Assembly: GCA_002269645.1 (NCBI GenBank)
Contig: NIVC01003344.1
Coordinates: 1-64,000, forward strand
Direction of reading: 5' to 3'
DNA: 64,000 bases
From: Macrostomum lignano
Lineage: Eukaryota
Positions 40,571 through 52,271 of this stretch are shown here, piece by piece. The position numbers were made by a program, and so were the translations under genes. Each line of letters opens with the position of its first letter. Position 1 is the first letter of the stretch. Under the pieces are notes generated by a model. The model worked only from the letters and a program-made list of their open reading frames with translations, was not told the DNA's origin and made no database searches.

Positions 40571-43500
40571 TCACGTCAGCGTGTGAATCCTGTGAAGTCT
40601 CTTAGCATTCTCCACAGCCTTAGGCTCGCGTAGCCAGCTGTCCAGCCGCTGCACTTGTTTAGCGGACAGTCCGTGAATACCTAATGGAGGCGAGGCCAAT
40701 GCATTGGCGCGGAGCAAGGCAGCGGGAACTGCCGCGTAGTAAATGTGACTCAGCTGGGCTCGTCTGACTGGCGGGCGGGAGGCGGCCGCCAGAATGCCAG
40801 TGATGTACACGTCTTCAAGCCAGAACGGCGCCACTCGATCAGCTGCTCGAGTCAGAGCTGTCGCGGCTGCGTCCGATATGAGGTAGCCAGGGCCGCCCAG
40901 CACATAATTCGGGTATCTGTTTGGCGCAAACGCCTGAGGCGGCGTGCAAAACTTGGACGAATTGTGCCTCTGCACCGTCGACCTGCGCTGAATGCCGCCC
41001 AGGATTTCCGCTGGCGAGTCCGGCAGGCCTGAAGCGGACTGCACTTTGGGGCTGTTGCTTCTAGAAGGATGTCTCGTCGAATTTCTGGGAACAAAATGAC
41101 AAAACGAGTTGGTTTGTTATTTAAAAAGTTCTCATCGTCAGGCATGTAGATTCGAACTCGTGAGCAATACAGAGCGATGCCAGGTGTCCCATTCTGACTT
41201 ACAAAGGGATGAAAATATTTATAGCAAAATTAATTTGATGATTTTGGTGAAATGTTAGGGTGCGAGGGGCGTTAACTCGGCTGTCTGTTTATTCAGATGC
41301 TGGGGTGACCAAAATACGGTGCTGGGATGCGTGTTGACTCAAGACACACACATATGCTATCAAGTGATCTTAGGCTGTATTTGAACAGGTGCGAAGCCGG
41401 GCATTGAAGTACATGTACATGTAACCAGCCCTGAGCAGCAAGTCCGTTAATAAGAGTAACGATTTTTCATTAACGATAACAGCCTGTCTTTAAGCAACTT
41501 TTTTTTAATTAATGGATTGATTACCTTTGGATAGCTTCATTGTTAAAGTCGTATTCAGCGTTACTTTTTCCTACTAATAATTCCGTTTTTTGTGTCGGTG
41601 CCCTTAAGAGTTTACGTAAATCGTAATAGCAAATATCGTGAAAATCCATAAATGCAAATATATAAGTAGTAGATTACAGTAAACCATTCTTTAGATTACA
41701 ATAAACCATTTTGTAGATTACAGTAAACCATTCTGTAGATTACAGTAAACAATTTCGTAGATTACAGTAAACCCTTCTGTAGATTACAGTAAACCCTTCT
41801 GTAGATTACAGTAAACCCTTCTGTAGACTACAGTAAACCCTTCTGTAGATTACAGTAAACCCTTCTGTAGATTACAGTAAACCATTGTGTAGATTCAGCC
41901 ATCAAGATTTGGTCTCACCTGGGATTTCGTTCGTCCAACTTCAGTCTTTGCCGCAGCAGCCGGTTCAGCGAGTTCGCATTCCAGACTGAGTCGTGATCGG
42001 ACTTCAGCAAGTAGTGAAATGCGCCGCTGCAGTTTTGTGAATACCAACGTAGAAATGACAGAATCTGCAGAAAGTATATCAGATTTTTTTAAATCTTATA
42101 AGATTTTTGAGATTTCTCGACACATGCCGCCATCTAAGGCGTCAAAATAAGTGTTAGGGGGCACCAAACTAAGACGTCAGGGGCGCCAAACTAATATGTC
42201 TGTGGCGCTAAACTAAGACCTCAGGGACGCCAAACTTAGATGTCAGGGGTGCCAAACTAAAATGTCAGGGGAGAAAAACTAAGATGTCAGGGGCGCCGAA
42301 CTAAGATGTCAGGGGCGCCAAACTAAGATGTCAGGGGCGCCAAACTAAGATGTCAGGGGCGCTAAACTAAGATGTCAGGGGCGCCAAACTAAGATGTCAG
42401 GGGCGCCAAACTAAGATGTCAGGGGCGCCAAACTAAGATGTCAGGGGCGCCAAACTAAGATGTAAGGAGCGCCAAACTTAGAAATCAGGGGCGCCAAACT
42501 AAGATGTCAGGGGCGCCAAACTAAGATGTCAGGGGCGCCAAACTAAGATGTCAGGGGCGCCAAACTAAGATGTCAGGGGCGCCAAACTAAGATGTCAGGG
42601 GCGCCAAACTAAGATGTCAGGGGTGCCAAACTAAGATGTCAGGGGCGCCAAACTAAGATGTAAGGAGCGCCAAACTTAGAAATCAGGGGCGCCAAACTAA
42701 GATGTCAGGGGCGCCAAACTAAGATGTCAGGGGCGCCAAACTAAAATGTCAGGGGCGCCAAACTAAGATGTAAGGAGCGCCAAACTTAGAAATCAGGGGC
42801 GCCAAACTAAGATGTCAGGGGCGCCAAACTAAGATGTCAGGGGCGCCAAACTAAGATGTCAGGGGCGCCAAACTAAGATGTCAGGGGCGCCAAACTAAGA
42901 TGTCAGGGGCGCCAAACTAAGATGTCAGGGGCGCCAAACTAAGATGTCAGGGGTGCCAAACTAATATTCGCTAAACATGTTCGTATCCAGCTCTCCAGCT
43001 GTCTCCCAAGCACGCCTCATCTAAGCCAGCATGCCGCAGGCAGCACCTTCAGTGTCAGACACTGGTAGGTGTCCTCCGTTGGTCCGCCCATCAGAAAAAT
43101 GTCGCCAAACTTTGCGGACTCCGAGGACAGCGCCGGGTCAGGGGCTTCACCCTCCGGCAGTTGGACAAGGAAGATCAGTAGTTCGAATCCCGTGCCGTTG
43201 TCGTGTCGACCCCACGTTTGGCGAACTAAGGACCTCTGCAGGGCCATGTTGGCCCTCAATGGTACAAAGACCAGCACTAAGTGGCGAGTCTTGGTTTGCT
43301 GGCAGGCCGCCTGCAGCATTGCTGGAGGTTGATAACTCCAGCTGGCATTGCTCAGACAGTCGATCAGGCCCAGGTAACCTGAGCAGCTGCTCAGGCTTCT
43401 GCTGAAATTTTAAGTTTATAGAAAAAGGTTTTCCCGCAGAAATTTTCCCCCGCCGAGATTTCCCCCCGCTCATCAACGGCCGCGTCATTGTCACGCATGC

Positions 43501-44687
43501 CCAGCTCACTGGCAGACTCTCCACAGTCTTCCAGAACGAAGTCAGCTTGCTATCAGCTCTTGCGCTGCAGAGCTGAACGCCAAGGGTACGACATGAGAGA
43601 CTATTGTCATCCACTCTGATAGCCAAGCGGCCTTACAGGCCCTTTGCCACACCACAACGAACTCCCGGACAGTCGCCGACTGCGTCCGGCAGCTCAACCT
43701 CCTGGCCAGTAGCAATACTGTCAGGCTGAAGTGGATCCCAGGGCACGCAGGGTTTCCGGGGAACGAGCTGACAGACCCTCGCCAAGAGGGGCCGCTCTGG
43801 CTTTTTTTGGGCCTGCCCCCCTTAGCCTGGTCCCTATGCCCTCGACGGTCATCAATCGTCAGATCGAGGACTGGACTGACTCCCTCCACAGGGACAGATG
43901 GGCGGGGCACCCAAAACTGCCGACAATCTCGTGCCGCGGTTCCGTGCCCCTCCCGCAGGCTTAGAAACGTCCTTCTGAACCAAAATCTGAAGGATATTCG
44001 AGCCCTAGCCATGACCTTTACCGGCCATGCTTCCTCTGAGGCGATCTCGAGAGTGAGCTTTGCCCCTTTTTCGAGTACGACAATGAAGATGCTCAGCACT
44101 TTGTTCGTCACTGCCCTTTCTTTACCAGAGACCGGCTACGCTACCTCGGGCCGAACCCGTCCATTGACGAAATCTGCCAGCCCGACAGCATCCCACGGCT
44201 CATCCAGTTCCTTCGGGCGACTAGACGAGCCAGTTTCTTCCCAACGGAAGATCACTCTGCAGGACGGACCGGCGGACCACCCTGACCGGCCCCACGCCTC
44301 TGCCTGTCTGCGGGTCTTCAGGGGCTAGCGGAATGGGCGAACCACCCTGCAGCTAATCCCGCCCACCGAGACTTCCCCGCCGAGACTCTACCCTTGCGAC
44401 TTTCCAACAGCGTCCAGGCGAGGTCAGGAGAGGTCAAAGCAGAAAGCGTCAGTCCGTCAGTAATATCCCCAGATGTTAAACACGCAACAGACTAACAGAA
44501 TTGTATAACTTTTTTAATTTGTACGTAAAACTCTAACTGACCTTGGCCTTGGATGAACAACGATACTCGTAGCATGTTTCCGACCGTATAACGCTTCCGT
44601 ATGCGACCAGAGCAGCTCGACTAGCAATCCGCTTAGCAACAGGATAGCAACGCAGTTGACCGCCGCTTTGATCTGGCAGCAGGGCAT
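40571..44687 (-). CDS. Beta-1,3-galactosyltransferase-like glycosyltransferase (GT31), type II membrane protein, 375 aa
   Basis: join complement(44542..44687,43047..43401,41919..42064,40571..41051), 1128 nt in frame. N-terminal TM; R..RQTWG, ESAKFGDI, DTYQCLTLK, YLLKSDHD (DxD), YPNYVLGGPGYLIS, WLEDVYITGILA. Confidence 0.85.
41680..41890. repeat. Intronic 22-bp minisatellite (TAGATTACAGTAAACCCTTCTG)n
   Basis: About 9 units. Confidence 0.9.
42165..42965. repeat. Intronic 22-bp minisatellite (GGGGCGCCAAACTAAGATGTCA)n
   Basis: About 36 units. Confidence 0.95.
43590..44360 (+). mobile_element. RNase H-bearing non-LTR retrotransposon 3' fragment in GT31 intron 1 (antisense)
   Basis: IVIHSDSQAALQAL...TVRLKWIPGHAGFPGNEL (RNase H), then a TGH block; frameshifted. 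Confidence 0.8.
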
Positions 44688-46184
44688 AATTTTCTGCTGT
44701 TGGGAAAGTTGGGAAGGCTGCTTCAATGCGCGTAGGCCCAAATGGGCTGCAAAACGCTATATTATAAGCAAGCAATTTAATAATCAGTGCGGAAAGTGGA
44801 AACCCAGCGCTAAAAGATAGATTTCTTAGTACTCTATGGTCCAAACCATGGGCTTTAGAGCAACCAATTTAATAATCCAAAGCACTCAATTATAGTTATT
44901 CTAAGCGTGTTGAAACTGCAATTGTCTATGGCTGGCTTCAATCAACAAAGAACTCGTGTGCATATGAGTATTTAGTTAATGTTATACCACTTACGCTCGA
45001 AACGCTGTCTGACTTGTAGAATATCTTATTTAAACTACTTTAATTTTGCGGGATGTATTCAGATAAATTCCGGAGCCATACTTGTATGTCTATGGTTGAA
45101 GTTGGGGATGGGGGTGTGGGGGCGAAGCCCCCACATTCTTACCATAGACAAAATTTCATTAAGAAATTTCTCGAGTCACGAAGGAAGAGAAGAGAGAAGC
45201 TCGCTTATTTAGATACATACAATAATTCTAGCAATATTCCGGGAAAGTGATCGATTAAATCCCGCAAAATAAAATCTATGTCAATAATCTCCCTGAAAGT
45301 GAGCTTTAAAGTGGTTTAATTAATTATCAGTTACTATTTCTTCGATTCACAAAAAAAGAAGTTTTGGCCATAGACAATTTCTTAGATTTCATTCTTTCTC
45401 TAGAGTGCTGTTGTGCAAATGTGGGGGGGGCTCAGGCCCCACACCCCCACAAGGGGGCTTGGCGCTCCTTTGACCCCGCTGTCTTCTGACTTTGCCACAG
45501 ACATTTTCAGCGGGCCGTGAAACCGACTGAATGCAGGAGTAAATGGGATTTTACCATAGACAGTCTCAGCGGACCGTGAAACTACAGCTATAGCTCTACC
45601 TATAGCTCGTTTCTGCCCTCTGCAGCCCATCAATATTGGTGTATTAGTCATTTAGACTTGTGTCGCATTTAAACACTGTATTTTGGGAGACAAAACAATG
45701 AAGCACAGACAGTTTGAGAAAGAAAACAGAGCACAACTGAACCGACAACTGATAGGATCGGACATAAAATTAGCAAAAGCGGGTCAGTGAAATGAAGCGC
45801 CTTGTCGACGCCTTCGGGTTTGTGACCGAGTTGAGCAGCTCCCCCGATGAGCACCTGGAATAGGTCGGCAGTCAGTGTCTGGCTCACGATCTCATGGTAT
45901 GGTGAACCAGTCCAAGATCCGGTGAAACCTCCTGGATGATGGGGTCACATCAGTCAGCCACTGGACGAATTCCTGCCTCCATGTGCTTTGTCTAAGCTTT
46001 TGCTTATTGTGGCCACTCAAGACCATGGTGTCTCGCAGATATTTTATTTGTTTGCGCTTCATCAGCAGTGACAAAGCTTTCTCCGTCTTCTTTGAAAAGC
46101 TCGCTTGGCTTCCTTGTCTTCTACCATGTTGAATGCGTGCGTCTATTTGTAGCCAGTGCAACACAAGTAACTGTTTGAGTGAGG

Positions 46185-46960
46185 CTAGTCTGGGGGAGCG
46201 GGGCTAATCTGGGGGAGCGGGGCTAATTTCGGGGGAGTGGAGCTACTCTGGGGGAGTGGGGCTAATTTCGGGGGAGTGGGGCTAATTTCGGGGGAGTGGG
46301 GCTAATTTCGGGGAGTGGGGCTAATCTGGGGGAGTGGGGCTAATTTCGGGGAGTGATGCTAATCTGGGGGAGTGGGGCTAATTTCGGGGAGTGGGGCTAA
46401 TCTGGGGGAGTAGGGCTAATTTGGGGGAGTGAGGCTAATCTGGGGGAGTGGGGCTAATTTGGGGGAGTGGGGCTAATTTGGGGGATTGAGCCTAATATGA
46501 AGGGAGTGGGGCTAATCTGGGGGAGTGGGGCTAATTTCGGGGGAGTGGGGCTAATCTGGGGAGTGGGGCTAATTTGGGGGGAGTGAGGCTAATCTGGGGG
46601 AGTGGGGCTAATTTGGGGGAGTGGGGCTAATCTGGGGGAGTGGGGCTAATTTGGGGGAATGAGGCTAATCTGGGGGAGTGGGGCTAATTTGGGGGAGTGG
46701 GGCTAATTTGGGGGATTGAGCCTAATATGAGGGAGTGGGGCTAATTTGAGGGAGTGGGGCTAATTTGAGGGAGTGGGGCTAATTTGAGGGAGTGGGGCTA
46801 ATTTGGGGGAGTGGGGCTAATTTGTGGGATTGAGCCTAATATGAGGGAGTGGGGCTAATTTGAGGGAGTGGGGCTAATTTGGGGGAGTGGGGCTAATTTG
46901 GGGGAGTGAGGCTAATCTGGGGGAGAGTGGGGCTAATCAGAGTGGAATGTAATCTGGGGA
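46185..46960. repeat. G-rich ~19-20-bp minisatellite (GGGGCTAATYTGGGGGAGT)n
   Basis: About 38 units. Confidence 0.95.
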
Positions 46961-47424
46961 GTGAGGCTATGTTGTGAATCACGATATAGGCTAGTATATT
47001 TCTCGAGCATTAATTAATGACTCAAGCCAATGCGCGATCACGAGCTGTTTAATGCACGCCTTTTCACATTTAAACTGTGTTACAATGAAAAATCTGTATA
47101 TTGACTTCTAAATAAAGTAATCAATTTCAGGTCAGAAAAGAATGCCCTGATAAAGTACACACAAAGGTCACAGTCTAAGATTCAAAATAGTCCCAAAAAA
47201 TCTTGTTTTAAAATTAAGTCAACGACAATTATCGTTTTCGTGCGCTAGAAATGATGATAGCGGAAAAGACACTAAAGCGAGATGCTCTGGGTCGATATAT
47301 TTATGGATTTCAGTGAAGAAGCTATATTATAGAAAAAAATTGGCTATTTAGGGTGATTTAGATAAGCTTTCTTGGCTGATGGGATAAACATCTATATATA
47401 GGATAATATAAATATAGATTAGTA

Positions 47425-48310
47425 CGAGTCACGCGGGGTGAGTTGCTGAGATGTCATGGCTCACGCGGGTGAGTTGCTGAGATGTCATGGCTCATGCGGG
47501 GTGAGTTGCTGAGATGTCATGGCTCACGCGGGGGGAGTTGCTGAGATGTCATGGCTCACGCGGGGGGGGTTGCTGAGATGTCATGGCTCACGGGGGGGAG
47601 TTGCTGAGATGTCATGGCTCACGGGGGGGAGTTGCTGAGATGTCATGGCTCACGGGGGGAGTTGCTGAGATGTCATGGCTCACGGAGGGAATTGCTGAGA
47701 GTTCAAGGCTCACGGAGGGAATTGCTGAGAGTTCAAGGCTCACGGAGGGAATTTCTGAGAGTTCAAGGCTCACGGAGGGAATTGCTGAGAGTTCAAGGCT
47801 CACGGAGGGAATTGCTGAGAGTTCAAGGCTCACGGAGGGAATTGCTGAGAGTTCAAGGCTCACGGAGGGAATTGCTGAGAGTTCAAGGCTCACGGAGGGA
47901 ATTGCTGAGAGTTCAAGGCTCACGGAGGGAATTGCTGAGAGTTCAAGACTCATGGAGGGAGTTGCTGAGAGTTCAAGGCTCACGGAGGGAATTGCTGAGA
48001 GTTCAAGGCTCACGGAGGGAATTTCTGAGAGTTCAAGGCTCACGGAGGGAATTGCTGAGAGTTCAAGGCTCACGGAGGGAATTGCTGAGAGTTCAAGACT
48101 CATGGAGGGAGTTGCTGAGAGTTCAAGACTCATGGAGGGAATTGCTGAGAGTTCAAGACTCATGGAGGGAGTTGCTGAGAGTTCAAGACTCATGGAGGGA
48201 ATTGCTGAGAGTTCAAGACTCATGGAGGGAGTTGCTGAGAGTTCAAGACTCATGGAGGGAATTGCTGAGAGTTCAAGGCTCACGGAGGGAATCACTGATA
48301 TGGTGGGGCT
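47425..48310. repeat. 30-bp minisatellite (GCTCACGGAGGGAATTGCTGAGAGTTCAAG)n with a graded variant series
   Basis: About 29 units. Confidence 0.95.
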
Positions 48311-48829
48311 CATGAAAGAGTTGCTGAATCATCAAAGGGATACAATCAGGGTCAGGGTTAAGCTACTAAGATGCTCCTTGACACTCGGTTAGCGCTCTCT
48401 GACCTGAGCTTTGGTATAGGACAGGATGTGAAATAGAATTTATAGCAAAGGGTACTCACCACTGCTAATTTCATCCAGTTGCAATGAAGCCAATTAATAT
48501 ATATAAAGAAAACTGTAAATATTATATACGAGCTACTAGCGCAGCAAGCACTGAATTCAATGAGGATTTGCAGTCACTGTATCGTTTGTCCCGATTGAAT
48601 TATATAACATGGGCAAGGTTGCACGATATGCCTAGGTGTTCACTCTGGGCCAATGAGGTGCGCTGGCTATTGGATAGATTTTTTATGTTTCCACGTGAAA
48701 ACGTTTGACTCTGAGCAGAATACGAACTGTTCTGTAAAATTAGCTCAAAATTATGATAAGACAGAGGGCAGAAATTAAAAATTTGGTGCTTAGTCAGACA
48801 AGAACAATGGTTCCAAATATCCAAATATC

Positions 48830-49740
48830 CAGCTTTGGCGCCACCTTTCTCAAAGTTTTGGCGCCCCTTTCTCGAAGCCTTGGCGCCCCCTTTATCGAAG
48901 CTTTGGCGCCCTTTTTCTCTAAGCTTTGGCGCCCCCTTTATCGAAGCTTTAGCGTTCCCTTTATCGAAGCTTTGGCGCCCCTTTCTTGAAGCCTTGGCGC
49001 CCCTTTCTTGAAGCCTTGGCGCCCCCTTTATCGAAGCCTTGGCGCCCCCTCTATCGAAGCTTTGGCGCCCCCTTTCTCGAAGCTTTGGCGCCCCCCTTTC
49101 TCGAAGCTTTGAAGCCCCCTTTTCTCAAAGCTTTGGCGCCCCCTCTATCGAAGCTTTGGCGCCTCTTTATTCGAAGCTTTGGCGCCCCTTTCTTGAAGCC
49201 TTGGCGCCCCTTTCTTGAAGCCTTGGCGCCCCCGTTATCGAAGCCTTGGCGCCCCCTCTATCGAAGCTTTGGCGCCCCCTTTCTCGAAGCTTTGGCGTCC
49301 CCCTTTCTCGAAGCTTTGAAGCCCCCTTTTCTCGAAGCTTTGGCGCCCCCTCTATCGAAGCTTTGGCGCCTCTTTATTCGAAGCTTTGGCGCCCCTTTTC
49401 TCGAAGCTTTGGCGCCCCTTTTCTCGAAGCTTTGGCGCCCCCTCTATCGAAGCTTTGGCGCTTCCTCTATCGAAGCTTTGGCGCCCCCTTTCTCGAAGCT
49501 TTGGCGCTTCCTCTATCGAAGCTTTGGCGCCCCCTCTATCGAAGCTTTGGCGCCCCTTTATTCGAAGCTTTTGCGCCCCCTCTATCGAAGCTTTGGCGCC
49601 CCCTCTATCGAAGCTTTGGCGCCCCCTCTATCGAAGCTTTGGCGCCCCCTCTATCGAAGCTTTGGCGCCCCCTCTATCGAAGCTTTGGCGCCCCTTTCTC
49701 GAAGCCTTGGCGCCCCCTTTATCAAAGCTTTGGCGCCCCT
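48830..49740. repeat. ~23-bp minisatellite (GAAGCTTTGGCGCCCCCTCTATC)n
   Basis: About 40 units. Confidence 0.95.
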
Positions 49741-50414
49741 TGAGTTGAGTGGCACCCTTTTAGACGTGCTCAGTCGAGAAGAAAAAACATTTAAAGAAAA
49801 AGGCAAAAAATTGTATATGCAGCTCGTAAAACTGAAACGCTGATTAATGTGAATTGAAAAATTTAGGTTCCAATTCGGGGTTGCTTTCAAGAAATAGGAT
49901 TTTTCCGTTCGAATTTTTCTATGGCAAAACCCCATTTAGCGCTATGCGGTCTCCAGAGCATGCTAATGATAGATAAAATATATATGTACGTTACTTTCTG
50001 GACTCCAGCTTATTTCTAAAAAATAGAATGTGGCGTCCTTCTATTTCAGCTGTTCAATTGTGACAATTGACGCAACAAAATATTTCTTGTTTTCCAGCCT
50101 TGATTTGAGCTTCCTATATCGAAGGCAACTCTGAGAACATTGTTGTAAAAGTGTTGCACAGTGAATCGAAGCATTAGCGATACAAGGCATACAATGCCTT
50201 TTGCCGTAGTACCCTTGGGAGAGGAAAGAATTAAAAATTAAATTGCTCATTCATGCGTTATTCCTACATTGCACACCTTAGCTGCGCGGAAAGGAACTCA
50301 AACACATTTTTTAACAGCGCTTTGCATGGTCGAAATGTGGGACATACGGAGCAATGTTATGCAGCTCTGCGTTCAAGCAACCGTGTGGGTTTTAGCAATA
50401 ATTGAGTAAAAGGT

Positions 50415-50585
50415 TGTTTATAAGTGCGATTCTCAGACTGTTTATAGGGGCGATTCTCAGGCTGTTTATAGTGGCGATTGTCAGGCTGTTTATAGGGGCG
50501 ATTGTCAGGCTGTTTATAGGGGCGATTGTCAGGCTGTTTATAGGGGCGATTCTCAGGCTGTTTATAGGGGCGATTGTCAGGCTGT
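50415..50585. repeat. ~24-bp tandem repeat (GGGGCGATTGTCAGGCTGTTTATA)n
   Basis: About 7 units. Confidence 0.9.
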
Positions 50586-50904
50586 CAAATTTTATTCCAA
50601 TATGGAACAAAGATAATTTCCAATTAATTCTTCTCGTAGTCAGTCTACGTCACACAAAGCAGTCACAAATGCTACTTGCGTTGCGCGTGCAAGGTCTTTG
50701 TTACCTAGATCTTACAGAAGACTTCGCGCAAGCAGTATTGCTTTGGCGCAGGGGCTAAGCTTATAGCAGCGCCACGCTTAGCAAAACTGCGATTTTTCGT
50801 TCTTTCCACGGAGGTTGACGTTTTTGTGGCGTGAAAAGCTTTTGCTAGTTCTTGTAGAATCCTGAGCATCTTTCACGTACCTCGTGACCCTGGCTGGAGA
50901 CCTT

Positions 50905-51385
50905 ATAATTTTATGATCCTAGCTATAGACCCTTATGATCCAGCTATTAGACCCTATGCTCCAGCTATTAGACCCTATGCTCCAGCTATTAGACTCTATG
51001 ATCCCAGCTATAGACCCTATGATCCCAGCTATAGACCCTATGATCCCAGCTATAGACCCTATGATCCCAGCTATAGACCCTATGATCTAGCTATAGACCC
51101 TATGATCTAGCTATAGACCCTATGACCCTAGCTATAGACCCTATGGTCTAGCTATAGACCCTATGACTTTAGCTATAGACCCTATGACCATGCTTGGGCG
51201 CAACCTAGGGATTCACCCGGCCGTTTCTATTGGCAACACACACACGTAAGTCGCTATTGGACAGAATAGTAGTCACGTGACTGCTCTCAGCCAATAGCGA
51301 CTTACATGTGTGTGTTGCCAATAGAAACGGCCGGGTGATTCCCAAGGTTGCGCATGTATGCCTATGACCCTAGCTATAGATCCTG
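50905..51385. repeat. 20-21-bp minisatellite (TAGACCCTATGATCCCAGCTA)n, split by a MITE
   Basis: Units continue on both sides of 51189-51360. Confidence 0.9.
51189..51360. mobile_element. Palindromic hAT MITE (172 bp)
   Basis: ~70-bp inverted arms ending GTTGCGCATGTATG; 8-bp TSD CCTATGAC (51181-51188, 51361-51368). Confidence 0.88.
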
Positions 51386-52271
51386 CATTCATAATCCTAG
51401 CTTTAGACCTTACATATACGTTCCTGGTCATTCCATATGATCACGTGCGCAAAATTATAATCGTGCATGAAACAACTTACAAAATTTCTTAGCACACAAA
51501 TGGTCCATAAGTGTCCATTTCTCGTGGAATGAACCTCCTAGACATATCCATGATTCTACCTATAGATTTGATGATACTACCCATATACCCTATGATCCTA
51601 GCCATGTACCCTATAGATCCTATGATTTAGCTATAGACCATATTCCTGTAACTCATAATCCAAGTAGCAGGCCCCATGCTCATATAAACATACCGGGTCG
51701 TTATTAAGAAGTGTTTATATATGTAAGTGTACTGTTTACCTGCTCATAAAGAAACTGGTAAAGACTACTATGATAAGTAGTATTTAGCTTGAGACTATCC
51801 AGTGTTCATTGATAAAAGCAACGAACGAGACCAGAGACATTTTGCAACACTGAAACACAATTATTTGTTAAAGAACTTTTTTTTAATTGCTTAGTTGGCT
51901 TGTAGTAAATGTTGCAGATTTGATTAATAATTAACGAAAGATATATTAGATTATTTAATAGAAAAACAAACACAGCATAGGATAAGCATACAGAGCTCAC
52001 TAGTACTACTTTTGTAAGTAGCCATGCAGGATAAGTAGCAGCACTGGCGCAACAATGTTAGATATTTTTACGATACCCTAGGTTAACCTGAATATTAATA
52101 TTACCTACATATAATCCCAAAAGTCAATAAGTGCCCCAATACAATACAAGCAAGTACATTAATATTAATAAACACAGCAGTGAATAAACCGGTTGATTAA
52201 AAATCAAATTCCCTACATCTTTCCCTCGTGGAAAATTCCAACTCCTTGTTGATCTGAGCAGGCAGGCAGAC

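Noticed and set aside
47583-48392. 269-aa LTEGIAESSR repeat protein
   Set aside because: The 30-bp unit is open in multiple frames on both strands; no signal or unique domain.
48986-49843. 285-aa Pro/Leu-rich ORF
   Set aside because: Minisatellite translation with frame drift.
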